Assembly (NCBI RefSeq): GCF_003918875.1
Contig: NW_025766966.1
Span: 310,001 to 374,000, forward strand
Length of the DNA: 64,000 bases
From: Haliotis rubra
Taxonomy: Eukaryota
Direction: 5' to 3'
The notes beneath the pieces are model-generated. The model worked only from the letters and a program-made list of their open reading frames with translations, did no database searches and was not told the DNA's origin. The translations under genes and the position numbers were made by a program. Positions 62,422-64,000 of this stretch are shown here, in pieces. Every line of letters starts with the position of its first letter. Within the stretch, counting starts at the first letter, position 1.

Positions 62422-63203
62422 CAGTCGAACACTGTTGTCTCCATATTTACGGGACCAGGAAAAAATATCGACTTATCCGAATATCGACACATCCGAGTTG
62501 GGCATATCATCACATACCAACATGAAAGAAATGAAAGAAAACAAAAGAAAACAGTAGATTGCATGTCTATTATTTATTTGTCCTCACAGATATCGCAAAT
62601 ACACATGGTAATCTCGTCATAGTGTCCATTTTGAAATATACAAAAGTTGGATTTACTCCACAAACGAAGTGAAGAATTCAGAAAGTTTTAACTGACGGGC
62701 ATTTGGTGCTGGCATGAACGCAATACTGGTCAACCACTCTTGATACATAACAAGTCCTTATGTCATTCGACCTCCATCTCTCGATTCCACAAATCGAGTC
62801 AGGACGTCCTAATCCGCATTTCTCAGTCGGCAATTTAGTAACAACTCAACAATCAATTGCTTGTCATGTGATGACACAAGTCCCTGATTAGATTCTCACT
62901 ATGTTTTGATTCGATACTATAATCCGTTATCAGGACTGTTAAGTTGAAATTGGGAGTACATCCTAGTTAGATAAACAAACAAGGTGTATATCGACTTTAC
63001 ATGCAAATATCGAGTTAAAAGGGTAATTTTGCTTGTCGGGACCATGAAATCATATCGAGATATCCGAAATATCGAGACATCCGTATCGAGTTAAAAGGGT
63101 TCAAATAGTGATAAATAATGAAGGGTTTTGCTGGGACCGAGAAATTATATCGAGACAACCGAGATATTGAGTTATCAGAGTTCGACATAACAGTGTTTGA
63201 CTG
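62422..63203. mobile_element. Non-autonomous Tc1/mariner (pogo/Tigger-like) element
   Basis: TA-CAGTCGAACACTGTT ... AACAGTGTTTGACTG-TA; repeated subterminal ATATCGA(G/C) motifs. Confidence 0.8.
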
Positions 63204-63469
63204 TATTGCCTTACCTTGACTGTCAATGGTTGTGATTCAACAAACTGGATGTAGGAGGGAGATCTAAATAGATTACAAAGACCTGTATTCGAAATTATAC
63301 AAACAATCAAGAACTCACAAAACGATTTAAGCAATAAGATTATTGTAATTCCTTGAAACGACTGTTGTATCACTAAGATCGGTTTTGGTGGAACATGGTC
63401 TTTATTGTTTTGCTGGCCAGATGGATGCTGTTCCCTATTATTGTGGCATGAAGTGAGTGTAGTTGTGAG

Positions 63470-63622
63470 AGAGTTTAGTTTTATTCCGCTTTTAGCAATA
63501 TTCCAGCAATATCATGGCGGTGGACACCAGAAAAGGGCTTCACACATTGTGACCATGTGGGGAATCAAACCCTGGTCTTCGGCATGACAAACAAACACCT
63601 TAAACACAGGCTACCCCACCAC
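63470..63622 (-). mobile_element. SINE family A copy
   Basis: Reverse-complement consensus match. Confidence 0.88.
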
Positions 63623-63790
63623 CTGGTTGTATTTGTACTTGTGATAAATATGTACCACAGTCATGCAAAATATACCAACACAATGAGGAACAATTAGAAA
63701 ATCAAACTGTCCTGATACCTTTTAGTGAATATTTATAGACAATTTATAAGGATGCCTGTGCATTCAGCTAAAATGTGTTATTTGTATATA

Positions 63791-64000
63791 TATACTCTCC
63801 CAAAAAAGAAACGCATCATGAAAATAGCAATTTCATGTAGCAATGAATTAAAACGTGATTCATTTTACAAAAGGTTTTGCTCTGTTTATGAGTGCTATGG
63901 TGTTTATGTTTTGAAACATCACAACAAAACGCACCATCCATAAAATACCCGTATTTAACAGCATGATTTTCAATTTCTGCGTGTAGTGTCACAGAGTACA
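63791..64000 (+). mobile_element. Left end of another Tc1-like element (cut by the window edge)
   Basis: TATACTCTCCCAAAAAAGAAACGCA resembles the TIRs at 3129 and 56543; AAAACGCACCAT is shared with the 3129 element. Confidence 0.65.

Overview
AT-rich, intron-containing animal genomic DNA, not prokaryotic. The repeat content looks molluscan, probably gastropod (abalone-like); this is a recognition-level inference. Three spliced genes can be built by hand with consistent splice phases: (1) a 4-exon, ~594-aa secreted Lys/Ser- and Asp-rich repetitive orphan protein (+, 5468-10619); (2) a C15orf40/UPF0235 (YggU/DUF167) homologue (-, 15161-19314); (3) NR2C2AP/TRA16 (+, 19613-21971), head-to-head with gene 2 and with a GC-AG first intron. 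From ~31.2 kb to the end the sequence looks CpG-depleted and has no recognisable coding exons, so it is probably intronic sequence of a further gene. Repeats dominate: three abundant SINE families sharing one LINE-type 3' tail (tRNA-headed family A, pseudoknot-headed family B, Meta-domain-like family C), an I/Nimb-like RT fragment, Tc1 elements (one full-length, decayed DD34E copy), Harbinger/hAT/pogo-type MITEs, palindromic elements and several minisatellites. Best leads: the covarying pseudoknot at the exact 5' end of SINE family B (candidate ribozyme or structured head), the secreted block-polyampholyte protein, and a dispersed 15-bp motif AGAGTTRYNYCCCTT. Almost all short ORFs in the supplied track are spurious. 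Coordinates were counted by eye, and repeat boundaries are approximate.
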